This document shows positions 20,130-29,809 of a stretch of DNA of 64,000 bases, piece after piece. The position numbers were made by a program, and so were the translations under genes. Below the pieces are notes generated by a model. That model had not been told where the DNA came from. It did not search any database and was given only the letters and a program-made list of their open reading frames with translations. The stretch lies in the NCBI GenBank assembly GCA_028279825.1, contig JANQNA010000007.1:89409-153408 (forward strand), read 5' to 3'. The first letter of the stretch is position 1. Every line of letters starts with the position of its first letter. Source of the DNA: an archaeon (GTDB lineage: Archaea; Aenigmatarchaeota; Aenigmatarchaeia; GW2011-AR5).

Positions 20130-21191
20130 ATGAAAATTGCTATATTCCACGATTACTTTGATAAGCGCGGCGGCGGTGAACGTCTGGTAATAAATCTGGC
20201 TAGACGCCTTAAGGCCGACATTTATACCGGTTTTATTGATAAATCAAAAACATTTGATACGAAGGGAATAAAGATACACAACTTCGCTGTTAGGAAAGGT
20301 CCACAGTTATACAGGAATATTAAAATTTCTAAAAAATTTGCCAAAATACGTCTGACAGGATATGATGCTTACATCTTTTCCGGTGTTTGGTGCATATCTG
20401 CTGCGGAGAACCACAAACCCAATTTTCTCTACCTGCATACTCCAATGCGGGTTTTGTATGATTTGAAAGACAAGTTTCTCCGGGAATCAAATCTTGTCAC
20501 GAGAGTTGCACTGAAAAGTTTCATAAAACAATGGACGCCAAAAGACCAAAGATACATGAGAGAATTTGATATCATCGGAACTAATTCAGAAGGCGTCAGG
20601 AACCGCGTAAGGAAGTACTATGGAAAAACACTCTACAACAAGTCGACAGCTGTTTATACCGGTATTGATACGAAGAAATACAAGTACAAGAAATCCGGTG
20701 ATTTTTATCTTTCTGCCTCGCGGCTTGATCCTCTAAAGAGAATAGATATGCTGATAAGGGTCTTCAAGAAGAACGGAAGGAAGCTGGTTATAATAGGCAC
20801 AGGACCTGATGAGAAGAGGCTTAAAGAACTTGCCAGAGGCTGCAGTAACATTAAGTTTCTTGGAAAAGTTAGTGACAAACGGCTAAGGGATCTTTACTCT
20901 ACATGCAGGGCTACACTTGCTGCCAGCCTGGAAGAAGATCTGGGAATTGTCGGTATCGAAGGCAATGCCAGCGGAAAACCTGTTGTTGCAATACAGGAAG
21001 GCGGTTTTTTGGAAACAGTGAAAGAAGGGAAGAACGGTGTATTTTTCAAAAATGAGAACGACCTTCAGAGGGCTTTGGATAAACTGGAAAGAACAAAATG
21101 GAAATACAAGTACATAAGAAAAACAGCAAAACAATTTGATATTGATGTGTTTGCCAAAAAGATAGAGAAGCATCTTACTGCTTTGCTATAG
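20130..21191 (+). CDS. GT-B fold glycosyltransferase (family 4)
   Basis: 353 aa. EX7E-type region EEDLGIVGIEGNASGKPVV. Confidence 0.8.
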   Translation: MKIAIFHDYFDKRGGGERLVINLARRLKADIYTGFIDKSKTFDTKGIKIHNFAVRKGPQLYRNIKISKKFAKIRLTGYDAYIFSGVWCISAAENHKPNFLYLHTPMRVLYDLKDKFLRESNLVTRVALKSFIKQWTPKDQRYMREFDIIGTNSEGVRNRVRKYYGKTLYNKSTAVYTGIDTKKYKYKKSGDFYLSASRLDPLKRIDMLIRVFKKNGRKLVIIGTGPDEKRLKELARGCSNIKFLGKVSDKRLRDLYSTCRATLAASLEEDLGIVGIEGNASGKPVVAIQEGGFLETVKEGKNGVFFKNENDLQRALDKLERTKWKYKYIRKTAKQFDIDVFAKKIEKHLTALL

Positions 21192-22098
21192 TTTCTTTTA
21201 ATCCTTCTTCCAATGTGTATCTTGGTTCATAACCAACCGTTTCTTTTAGTTTTGATACGTCACCTAACTGTGTATTTATGTAATTCTTTATTGGGTTTGG
21301 TACGTACTTTGGTTTTATTTTTGTACCCAGTATTTTGTTTAGGATAACAACAAGTTCATTTAAGGAAGTTTCCTTTCCAGTTCCTATGTTGAAAATCTGG
21401 CCGGAAAGATCTTTCTTTGAGTTCATGACAAGTATACTTGCATTTACTACATCTGCTACAAATGTAAAGTCCCTAGTTTGTGTACCGTCACCATAGAGTA
21501 TTGGCTGTTTTCCCTGTTTCATTTCCCACAAGAACTGAGAAGCCATGTTTGCGTATACTGTCTTGAAACTTTCGTGAGGTCCGTAAATACTCATGTAACG
21601 GAAACCTATTGTTTCAAGCTCGTGCTCTTTAGAGAATATGATTGCTAAGTGCTCATTTAGAAGTTTAGTTGAAGCGTAAAAGTTAACAGGGACTATTTTC
21701 ACATCTTCGCGCAATGGTGGTGTGCTGTTACCATATAAACTGCTTGTTGAAGCGTAGATGAGTTTCTTTACACCATTTGCTTTACACGCATTCAGTACGT
21801 TTATGAAACCGTCAACATTTACAGCTACAGCATCTCTTAGATTTTCCAGAAACATTGGTGATGAGGATGCAGCTGCCTGATTAAATACAATATCCATTCC
21901 TTTTGTTGCCTTGTCTACAGCATCGTAGTTTCTTATGTCACCATTTATTACTTCTACTTTATCTTTTATGGACTCTATATTTTTCATGTTACCTAGATAA
22001 AAATTGTCCAGTATTCTAACTTCATGACCTTCCTCTACTAATTTACCGCATAAATTACTTCCTATGAATCCTGTACCGCCTATTACTAGTACTTTCAC
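21175..22098 (-). CDS. NAD-dependent NDP-sugar epimerase (UDP-glucose/GlcNAc 4-epimerase-like SDR)
   Basis: 307 aa. IGGTGFIGSNL and catalytic YASTKLL. Last gene of the minus-strand heptose operon. Confidence 0.8.
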   Translation of the reverse strand: MKVLVIGGTGFIGSNLCGKLVEEGHEVRILDNFYLGNMKNIESIKDKVEVINGDIRNYDAVDKATKGMDIVFNQAAASSSPMFLENLRDAVAVNVDGFINVLNACKANGVKKLIYASTSSLYGNSTPPLREDVKIVPVNFYASTKLLNEHLAIIFSKEHELETIGFRYMSIYGPHESFKTVYANMASQFLWEMKQGKQPILYGDGTQTRDFTFVADVVNASILVMNSKKDLSGQIFNIGTGKETSLNELVVILNKILGTKIKPKYVPNPIKNYINTQLGDVSKLKETVGYEPRYTLEEGLKETIAKQ

Positions 22099-23360
22099 TG
22101 AAATCTCCTCCTTACGCTTTCCAGTCTTTCAGGTGTTCCAAAATCTTTGATGAAGTCTTTTGAAAGATAGCCGTATATACGCTCATTTTCTATAAGTTTA
22201 AATACAACATCCTTTTCAATATTTGAGGATCCTTCGGGTATATGATCAAGTATCTTGCGGTTAAATATCATTATACCTGTATTTCCTATGTCTTTTTCCA
22301 CCTGTCCGCGTCCAATGAACTTCGTGATCCTGTTGTTTTCTATTTCAACAACATCACTGTCTTTTGGGTGATCGCTGTGACGTACTACCATTGTGGCTAA
22401 AGCATTATTTTTCAGATGAAAATCCATAAGGGATGTTATGTCTATGTTTGTCATTACGTCACCGTTCAGAACCACAAAATGATCTGCGTCTATGTACCTG
22501 GATGCATTCTTTATTGCACCGCCACTTCCCAGGGGTTGTGGTTCTGCAGGATAGCTTATTTTCAGGCCTATGAAGTCAGAACCAAAATGTTTTTCGATCT
22601 TGTCAGCCATGTGACTGATGCACATGACAACGTCTGACAGATTGTGATGCTTTATCAGTTCCATGTGATGTTCCAGTGCGGGCTTACCGCCAATGTCAAT
22701 CATTGGTTTTGGTATATCTTTTGTGAGCGGCATTAACCTGGTTCCCTTACCACCTGCGAGTACAAGTGCCATTATTTTTGGTTTTTGTCCTGTAATGACT
22801 TTTGCCGCTTCCAGAAGGTTCTGAACTTCGTAGTCTGCCTTAACATCATACTTCCCATCCTTTCCGGCTGCACCTGTCTTAACCAATATTGTCTTGCAGC
22901 CGGCTTTCTTCCCGGATGCTACATCTACAGTCCTGTCTCCTATTTTGAAGGAACTTGACAGATCTATGGAAAGATCTTTTGCCGCTTGTTTTATCATACC
23001 AGCCTCAGGTTTTCTGCAATCACAGGTTATCCTGTACTTTAGTGCGTAATCTGGTACATCATCGTGCATCTCCGGATGGTGCGGGCAAAAATATACAGCA
23101 TCAATATTGATACCTATTTTTTTCAGATCCTGAACCATTTTATCGTTGATCTTTGCCACATCTTCTTCGCTTACCCACCCACGCGCTATCTGGGGCTGGT
23201 TTGTAATTACTACAAGCTTGAAGCCCTGATTCTGCAAAAGCCTCAAACCTTCGGCTGCATAATCCTCAATTTCTAGTTCATTGGCCTTGGTGACGAGTTT
23301 TGTGGCTTTTGTTATAGTCCCGTCTCTATCAAGGAAAACAGCTTTATTCATAATAATCAC
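22095..23360 (-). CDS. gmhB-hddC: fused D-glycero-D-manno-heptose-1,7-bisphosphate phosphatase / heptose-1-phosphate nucleotidyltransferase
   Basis: 421 aa. N-terminal HAD domain with AVFLDRDGT and the GmhB Zn signature FCPHHP…CDCRKP. C-terminal NTP-transferase domain with LVLAGGKGTRLMPLT…KPM. Confidence 0.8.
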   Translation of the reverse strand: MIIMNKAVFLDRDGTITKATKLVTKANELEIEDYAAEGLRLLQNQGFKLVVITNQPQIARGWVSEEDVAKINDKMVQDLKKIGINIDAVYFCPHHPEMHDDVPDYALKYRITCDCRKPEAGMIKQAAKDLSIDLSSSFKIGDRTVDVASGKKAGCKTILVKTGAAGKDGKYDVKADYEVQNLLEAAKVITGQKPKIMALVLAGGKGTRLMPLTKDIPKPMIDIGGKPALEHHMELIKHHNLSDVVMCISHMADKIEKHFGSDFIGLKISYPAEPQPLGSGGAIKNASRYIDADHFVVLNGDVMTNIDITSLMDFHLKNNALATMVVRHSDHPKDSDVVEIENNRITKFIGRGQVEKDIGNTGIMIFNRKILDHIPEGSSNIEKDVVFKLIENERIYGYLSKDFIKDFGTPERLESVRRRFQ

Positions 23361-23932
23361 ATGGCGTCGTATCCAAACAATTCATTAACAACAAGGGCAA
23401 CAATTCTGTGATAACACATTATGTGACCCTCCTGTATTATTGACACGTTCTTAACAGGAACGTTTAACAACACGTCAACGGTGTCTTTTAACTGTCCACC
23501 ATCATTCCCCGTCATACCAACAGTTGTTGCGCCTAATTTTTTAGCGGCTTTTATTGCTGAAAGAACATTTTTTGAGTTTCCACTGGTACTTATGCCTATT
23601 ACAACATCCCCGGGTCTCGCGTTTGCTGAAACAAATCTCTCAAAACTAGTATCATAGTCGTAATCGTTGCTTATTGCCGTTAATGCCGATATGTTGAAAG
23701 GTGTTAGTGCGCTGAGAGGTTTTCTACCCTTGTCTCTTGAGGACAACTGGCCCTCAAATTCTGCGGCAAGGTGCATTGAGTCCGCCGCAGAGCCTCCATT
23801 ACCGAATATGAGTAATTTACCGTCATTCTTGTAGCATTTTGTTATGACATCTGCCACATTCTGGATTTCAGAAAGATCCAGTTTTTCCACCATGTCTTTA
23901 TGAAGCTGTATTTTTTCCTCTAAATATTTCAT
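23357..23932 (-). CDS. gmhA: phosphoheptose isomerase (SIS domain)
   Basis: 191 aa. Signature GNGGSAADSMHLAAEF. Confidence 0.85.
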   Translation of the reverse strand: MKYLEEKIQLHKDMVEKLDLSEIQNVADVITKCYKNDGKLLIFGNGGSAADSMHLAAEFEGQLSSRDKGRKPLSALTPFNISALTAISNDYDYDTSFERFVSANARPGDVVIGISTSGNSKNVLSAIKAAKKLGATTVGMTGNDGGQLKDTVDVLLNVPVKNVSIIQEGHIMCYHRIVALVVNELFGYDAM

Positions 23933-24924
23933 TCAGAAACACCTCTCTCAAATTGATACCTTATTGGCTTGGCCCCCAGTTTTTCCAGTGCCTTTGTTAC
24001 ATATTTTTGTTTTCCGGGGCAGAAGAATATGGCTGACCCACCAGCCCCTGCACCTATGAAACGTCCCCCTAATGCACCAGCTGTAATAGCAGCGTTGTAT
24101 ATTTCGTTGATTCTTTCATTTGTTATATCCGGGGCTGTTAGCTTCTTTATCTTCCAGTCAAGCTGCATTACGTTTCCCATTGTGTTAAAGTTTCTTGATT
24201 CAAGCGTGTTTTTCATACTAAGTATATTTTCACGCTTCATGTGCAACATTGCTACACTTTCTTTGGCCTTTTCTCTTTGTGCAGCATGCAGTGCTGTGCC
24301 GGTTTTTACCCTTGGAACATAAAACAGAAGCAGACTTTTTTCCAGTTTTTCCATCTCCATTTCGGTGAGTTTTATGGGATTTAATTCTACTCCTTCTTTC
24401 GTAAATCTCATGTAGTTAATGCCTCCGTGGGATGCTGCCCATTGATCCTGGTAACCACCTTCTATTTTCAATATTTCTCTTTCAATACGATAGGCAAGCT
24501 TTGCCACTTCTTCCTTTGGCATTTCCTTTTTGTTTAGCTGGTTGAACGCATTTATGATTGAAACAGCATGGGCTGCACTTCCCCCCAGACCGCTTTCCAG
24601 CGGGGCATCTGTATGCGTTATTACTTCTATACCCATATTTCCATAGTGTTTTGCGACGGCCTTCATGACGTTTAAGGCCCTTTCACCGATGTTTATTTCT
24701 TCTATCGAGTTGAATTCTTCCGTGTGACCTGTTTCTAATGAACGTAGAATTATCTTATTTTCTTCGATTTTGTGTATTTCGCAGTAAGAGTAAAGGTTTA
24801 TGGTTGCATTTACCCCGTTTCCCCACCCCAGGAATTTCATATAGTAGTCACTATCACCACAGGTTCCGAATGAAATTCTTACCGGAGCTTTTGCTTTTGC
24901 TAGTGCATGATTTGCCTTTTCCAC
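23929..24924 (-). CDS. hddA: GHMP-family sugar kinase, D-glycero-D-manno-heptose 7-phosphate kinase-like
   Basis: 331 aa. GHMP motif PLESGLGGSAAHAVS. First gene of the gmhA / gmhB-hddC operon. Confidence 0.75.
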   Translation of the reverse strand: MEKANHALAKAKAPVRISFGTCGDSDYYMKFLGWGNGVNATINLYSYCEIHKIEENKIILRSLETGHTEEFNSIEEINIGERALNVMKAVAKHYGNMGIEVITHTDAPLESGLGGSAAHAVSIINAFNQLNKKEMPKEEVAKLAYRIEREILKIEGGYQDQWAASHGGINYMRFTKEGVELNPIKLTEMEMEKLEKSLLLFYVPRVKTGTALHAAQREKAKESVAMLHMKRENILSMKNTLESRNFNTMGNVMQLDWKIKKLTAPDITNERINEIYNAAITAGALGGRFIGAGAGGSAIFFCPGKQKYVTKALEKLGAKPIRYQFERGVSE

Positions 24925-25069
24925 TTAATCACCTAGAATAACAAATTTAGATTGTTTGAACTGTTTAAATAGGTTGGTATTTGTGCTTTTCAAAACGTAG
25001 TTAAAAAGCTGATTGGGTCAAAAATGGAAATGTACATGCCTATAAGAAAATTAATGATGTATTTATTCT

Positions 25070-25726
25070 ATGAAAGTTTGCAAGGGCATAGAACTTGTTG
25101 GTGGAATTGACCCTGAATGTAATATATACGTGGTTGACGGCGAATTCATTGTGGACGCCGGCACAGGCCTTCATTTTGGAACCATTAAGAAGGAAATAGA
25201 GGCTGTTGCAGAACCTGATATACTCAAACTTCTTATTAATACTCATTGTCATTTTGACCATACCGGGGCTAATAAAAAATTCAGAGACTGGCTGAAAGTT
25301 TCTATTGGCGTGCATCCTGCTGATAAAGATGCAGTGGAAACAGGCAAGGGGTCTCTTGCGGAAATGTTTGGTCATACACCAAGGATAATGACAGTTGACA
25401 GAGTGTTACGCGGAGGTACACTGATAAACACAAAGAATTTCTCTTTTGAGGTTATACCTACACCAGGACATACGCCCGGTTCGATATGCCTATACGATAA
25501 AGACAAGAAAATACTCATATCAGGCGATACTGTTTTTGAGAACTCCGTTGGAAGAACTGATTATCCGGGCGGAAGCAAGAGTGAACTTGTTATGTCATTA
25601 AAGAAACTTTCAGAACTTAATGTTGAGTACCTTCTTCCGGGTCATGGGTCGCCAAAGATGGGCGGAATAAGCTTCTTCATAAAACAGATGGTGAATTTTC
25701 TGACAGAGGATAAGAAATATATTTGA
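25070..25726 (+). CDS. MBL-fold metallo-hydrolase
   Basis: 218 aa. HCHFDHTG (HxHxDH), PGHTPGS, SGDTVF and LPGHG. Confidence 0.8.
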   Translation: MKVCKGIELVGGIDPECNIYVVDGEFIVDAGTGLHFGTIKKEIEAVAEPDILKLLINTHCHFDHTGANKKFRDWLKVSIGVHPADKDAVETGKGSLAEMFGHTPRIMTVDRVLRGGTLINTKNFSFEVIPTPGHTPGSICLYDKDKKILISGDTVFENSVGRTDYPGGSKSELVMSLKKLSELNVEYLLPGHGSPKMGGISFFIKQMVNFLTEDKKYI

Positions 25727-26519
25727 TTTCACATCCCACAAGCCTGTGAGCATTGACAGAAAACAATTCCGGACCGTTTTTCAGGATAATTATATTTCCT
25801 TTGGCTGCTACTACCTTACCCTTTAGATCAAGACCGTCTTTCACTTCCAGTTGCTTTGGCTTTTCTTTCACTTCCTTTATTCTGTAGATACTCTGCAGGT
25901 TGTATATTTCCGGACTTTTCAGTAAAAAATCATTTCCACGGAGTTTTGTGAAAGCCCCGAATATGTTGATAGCCGCAGCATTTATGTTTCCAAACAGCAT
26001 GTTCTGTTTCTGAACACCGCTGATACGGTCATGTATTTTAAGCTCTTTTCTTATTTTTTGTTCTACAAGCCTTGCTTCTTTACCATCCTGTATAAATCCT
26101 ATCTTTGCTCCCATGTCAGCTCCCTGTTCAATTAGTCTCTCTAGTACGCGATGCTCATAGGATATTCCGACCTTGAGCATTGTGTTGAATGCAGCGAGGT
26201 ATATGTAGTATTTGTTTTTTTCACATGATTTTCTCTGCGGCTCGTTGCCGCAGTCAGAACCGTCACATTTCATGCAAAGAAAGAAGTCATCATTTATCCC
26301 GCACTCTCTGCACATCTTTTCCGTGTCTACCGTTCTTTTGTTTGGACATTCGAAATGCTTTCCGTTTTTTGTATACCCAACACAATATCTTTTTCCGAAT
26401 GTCAAACTTAGTTCTTTGTCAAATAGTTCCATTTTTGTTATTTCTTTTCCTTCTCTGGCAAAGAGAAAGGGTTCACCAGACAGTCCTTGTGTTCCCCATT
26501 TGTACTTGAAAATCTGCAT
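25677..26519 (-). CDS. zinc-ribbon protein with GIY-YIG/T5orf172-like segment (DUF2797-like?)
   Basis: 280 aa. Cys cluster CPNK…CRECG…CMKCDGSDCG, followed by YYIYLAAFNTMLKVGISYEHRVLERL, which resembles T5orf172/GIY-YIG-type cores. The family assignment is from memory only. Confidence 0.45.
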   Translation of the reverse strand: MQIFKYKWGTQGLSGEPFLFAREGKEITKMELFDKELSLTFGKRYCVGYTKNGKHFECPNKRTVDTEKMCRECGINDDFFLCMKCDGSDCGNEPQRKSCEKNKYYIYLAAFNTMLKVGISYEHRVLERLIEQGADMGAKIGFIQDGKEARLVEQKIRKELKIHDRISGVQKQNMLFGNINAAAINIFGAFTKLRGNDFLLKSPEIYNLQSIYRIKEVKEKPKQLEVKDGLDLKGKVVAAKGNIIILKNGPELFSVNAHRLVGCEIKYISYPLSENSPSVL

Positions 26520-26527
26520 AAGAATTC

Positions 26528-27112
26528 CTACTTTGATATAGATCTGTATTCTTTGACTGCTTCTTTTGTGTTTTTCTCACTGAGGTTGAGCAGTATGTCA
26601 AAGAACCTGTGCGCTTCAGACCTCTTCTCTTTGAGAAGAGCAGCGGCAAGACTTTTCAGTATGCTTGAGTTGTAATCGTCGTAGTCATGAAATATTATCC
26701 ACGGAATATTGGCTTTTATGTAATCTGGTATACTGCCAGTATAAGGCGTCCTCATTAGATAATTATAGTACATATAGAAAAGATCGTCACCCATACCCCT
26801 CTTTATCATTTCTCTTCCTACAATAACATCTTCTATAGGCTTTGGCAGATTTAACTGAAGCATTAAGCGCATTAGTTCGTGGTTTACGACAGTCTTTATC
26901 CCTTTTATGTCTTTTTCCAGAACCAACGGGTTGTTATAGTCTATGCAAATAATTGCTTTATCATTCTCAACGACCGTTACGCTGTAGTCTCTTATGTGGA
27001 ATTCTAGTTCATTAAACGGCATTGGGTAAGTATTTTGTTTAATCATCATATCAAATACTTTTGATGCAGTAAGAGATGTTTCGTCCTGTTCGTATTTCTT
27101 CACTATTCTCAT
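26528..27112 (-). CDS. hypothetical protein
   Basis: 194-aa ORF 9 nt downstream of the previous gene on the same strand. No motif recognised. Confidence 0.55.
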   Translation of the reverse strand: MRIVKKYEQDETSLTASKVFDMMIKQNTYPMPFNELEFHIRDYSVTVVENDKAIICIDYNNPLVLEKDIKGIKTVVNHELMRLMLQLNLPKPIEDVIVGREMIKRGMGDDLFYMYYNYLMRTPYTGSIPDYIKANIPWIIFHDYDDYNSSILKSLAAALLKEKRSEAHRFFDILLNLSEKNTKEAVKEYRSISK

Positions 27113-27162
27113 GCCTATAATTTGTATAGAAAATATATAGGCTTTAAGGGGAAGATAAATAT

Positions 27163-28842
27163 ATGAGGAATCGCGAGGTAGCTAATGTTCTGACGGAAAT
27201 TGCAGATCTGATGGAGATAAAGGGTGAGCTTGTTTTCAAGGTGGTTGCCATGCGCAGGGCTGCGCAGACCATAGAGTTCATGGCCAAGGATATTGATGAA
27301 GTTTACAAAAGGGGCGAACTTGACGACATTCCGGGTGTTGGCGAGGCTATTTCAAAGAAGATCGCAGATTATCTGGAACACGGAGAGTCAAAGTACCTGA
27401 AAAAGCTGAAGAAGGGTTTGCCGCCGGGATTTGATAAATTGCTTGAACTTGAAGGTGTTGGACCCAAGAAAGTTAAATTGTTCTACGAGAAGCTTAAGGT
27501 TAAGAATGTGAAAGATCTGGAGAAAGCTGTCAAAACGGGAAAGTTGAGGAAACTTCCGGGGATGAGGGAGAAAACTGAAGATAACATTCTGAGAAGCATA
27601 GAGTCTGCCAAAAGAAGAACGGGTAGAATGCTTCTTGCTGATGCGTTAGATACTGCTGACGACGTTATTAAAGAACTCAGGAATGCTTCCGTGGGGAAGA
27701 TAGACGTTGCCGGCTCTACAAGACGTGGAAAAGAGACGGTTGGTGATATAGATATACTGGTTACGTCTTCCAATCCAAAAAAGGTTATTGACAAGTTTGT
27801 CAGAATGAAGGATGTTTCCCATGTTATCGGTAAGGGTTCTACAAAGGCTTCTGTCAATCTCAAAAGCGGGCTGCAAGTGGACCTGAGAGTGCTAAAGGAC
27901 AGTGAATACGGATCGGCTCTTATGTACTTTACCGGGTCCAAGGATCATAACGTTGAGTTAAGACGAATTGCAATATCCAGGGGAATGAAACTGAGTGAAT
28001 ACGGTCTGTTTAAGGGTAAACGATTTGTGGCAGGTAAGACCGAGAAAGAGGTTTACAGGAAACTTGGCGTGAGTTATATCCCTCCGGAGTTGCGTGAGAA
28101 TCGTGGTGAGCTGGATGTGACAATACCAAAACTTGTAGAACAAAAGGATATTCGCGGTGATCTTCATATGCACACAAAATGGACTGACGGGAACAACACG
28201 ATAAAGGAAATGGCGCTGGCTGCGAAACATCTTGGGTATGATTATATTTGTATATCTGACCATTACGGTACAATGCTTATTGCTAATCCTTTGGACAGGA
28301 AAAAATTTGAAGCTCAACAGAAGGAAGTAGAAAAAGTAAGAAAGAAAGTTGATATAACAATACTCCACGGGGCTGAAGTAGATATAATGGCTAATGGTAA
28401 ACTAAATGCGCCTGATTCGCTACTTAAGAAAATGGATTTTGTTACTGCTTCACTGCATACTGCACTGAGGAAAGAAAACACGGGACGCGTTATTAGTGCA
28501 ATGCAAAATAAGTATGTTCATTCTATTGGTCATTTAACTGGCAGGCTGATAAATGTCCGCCAGGGATCAGATCTCAATTTTGGTAAAATATTTGACAAAG
28601 CCAGGGAAACAGAAACTCTCCTGGAAATAAACTGCCAGCCCGGTAGACTCGATTTAACCGACACTAGCTCAAAAGCGGCTTTGCAAGCCGGCTGCAAGCT
28701 TGTTGTCAACACTGATGCACACAGCGTTGAACAACTTTCTAATATGAAACTTGGAATTTCCGTAGCACGTAGGGCCTGGGCCAGAAAGAAAGATATTGTG
28801 AATACCTACAATCTTGACAGGCTTAGGAAACTCTTGAAATGA
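27163..28842 (+). CDS. polX: family X DNA polymerase with C-terminal PHP domain
   Basis: 559 aa. HhH motifs (IPGVGEAISKKI, LEGVGPKK), catalytic GDIDILV, and PHP motif DLHMHTKWTDG…SDH. Confidence 0.9.
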   Translation: MRNREVANVLTEIADLMEIKGELVFKVVAMRRAAQTIEFMAKDIDEVYKRGELDDIPGVGEAISKKIADYLEHGESKYLKKLKKGLPPGFDKLLELEGVGPKKVKLFYEKLKVKNVKDLEKAVKTGKLRKLPGMREKTEDNILRSIESAKRRTGRMLLADALDTADDVIKELRNASVGKIDVAGSTRRGKETVGDIDILVTSSNPKKVIDKFVRMKDVSHVIGKGSTKASVNLKSGLQVDLRVLKDSEYGSALMYFTGSKDHNVELRRIAISRGMKLSEYGLFKGKRFVAGKTEKEVYRKLGVSYIPPELRENRGELDVTIPKLVEQKDIRGDLHMHTKWTDGNNTIKEMALAAKHLGYDYICISDHYGTMLIANPLDRKKFEAQQKEVEKVRKKVDITILHGAEVDIMANGKLNAPDSLLKKMDFVTASLHTALRKENTGRVISAMQNKYVHSIGHLTGRLINVRQGSDLNFGKIFDKARETETLLEINCQPGRLDLTDTSSKAALQAGCKLVVNTDAHSVEQLSNMKLGISVARRAWARKKDIVNTYNLDRLRKLLK

Positions 28843-29809
28843 TATTATCTTCTATTTTGAATTTAACAGGCAGGAACTGCTCTATTACCCATATGTTTGT
28901 CCGTACATGATTAGTTACTTCAGCTACTTTTACTATTCCGTCGGTAAATGCGAGATATGGCAGGATTTGGTCGGCCATGTGTTCGTCAAGACATGCTCCG
29001 GTTTCACATACTTTCTTCAGGTGCTCAGCGGATTCTTTTCCTACAGTTTCAGCCGGTTTACCTTTTTCACCAAGCGATGAAGCACCTAAACGACAATTCT
29101 CATAAGTTGCATAACAAGTTAAGCAAGAGCCTGGTGAACTACTTTCGGTTTGTGCGACTTCTTTTATTCCGAAATCCGTTATTTTTGAAGCAGCTTCAGC
29201 TTGTCGCTGTGCGACACCTTCAAGGTTCTTTGAGGATACGCTGATTAATCCGTGGTTGAGAAGTTTGTCCCTATGTTTCAGGTTTATTGGCTTCAACTCT
29301 GAAGGATTTATCTTAACTTCAACTACTCCCCCACCTTTTGGATAGAAGCCGTATCGCTTTGTTTCAATTTCTATGTCTACACCTAACTTTTCTAGAAAGT
29401 AGGTGAAGACGTGACGCATGTAGTCAATACTTGGACTCCAATTCACGTGTGTACCGCCGGTTATTTTGAGAGTTGTTGGATGCTTTGCGTGTATTGACGG
29501 TAGTGCAACTGCCTGGATAACAAGAGCAATGGAACCGGCTGTTCCTATGTCAATATCATAGTGACCCCCGCCCAAGCTTCCCGGATTGAAAACAAGTTTT
29601 GTGTCACCTACTTTTGCTTCTACATCTGTATTGCAAATCTGGGCAACGGCCTTGATTGCTGCCAGATGTTGGGCCTGAATACCCGGGTTTTTCCGGTTAG
29701 CTCTAATATTTTCTATTTTACATGCCTTGCCTGTAATAGCAGAAAGAGCCACGCTTGTGCGTATTATCTGTCCCCCACCTTCACCGTGGGAACCATCTAT
29801 ACTTATCAT
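28823..29809 (-). CDS. rtcA: RNA 3'-terminal phosphate cyclase
   Basis: 328 aa. N-terminus IDGSHGEGGGQIIRTSVALSAITGK is the RtcA signature. Converges on and overlaps polX by 20 nt. Confidence 0.9.
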   Translation of the reverse strand: MISIDGSHGEGGGQIIRTSVALSAITGKACKIENIRANRKNPGIQAQHLAAIKAVAQICNTDVEAKVGDTKLVFNPGSLGGGHYDIDIGTAGSIALVIQAVALPSIHAKHPTTLKITGGTHVNWSPSIDYMRHVFTYFLEKLGVDIEIETKRYGFYPKGGGVVEVKINPSELKPINLKHRDKLLNHGLISVSSKNLEGVAQRQAEAASKITDFGIKEVAQTESSSPGSCLTCYATYENCRLGASSLGEKGKPAETVGKESAEHLKKVCETGACLDEHMADQILPYLAFTDGIVKVAEVTNHVRTNIWVIEQFLPVKFKIEDNIISRVS

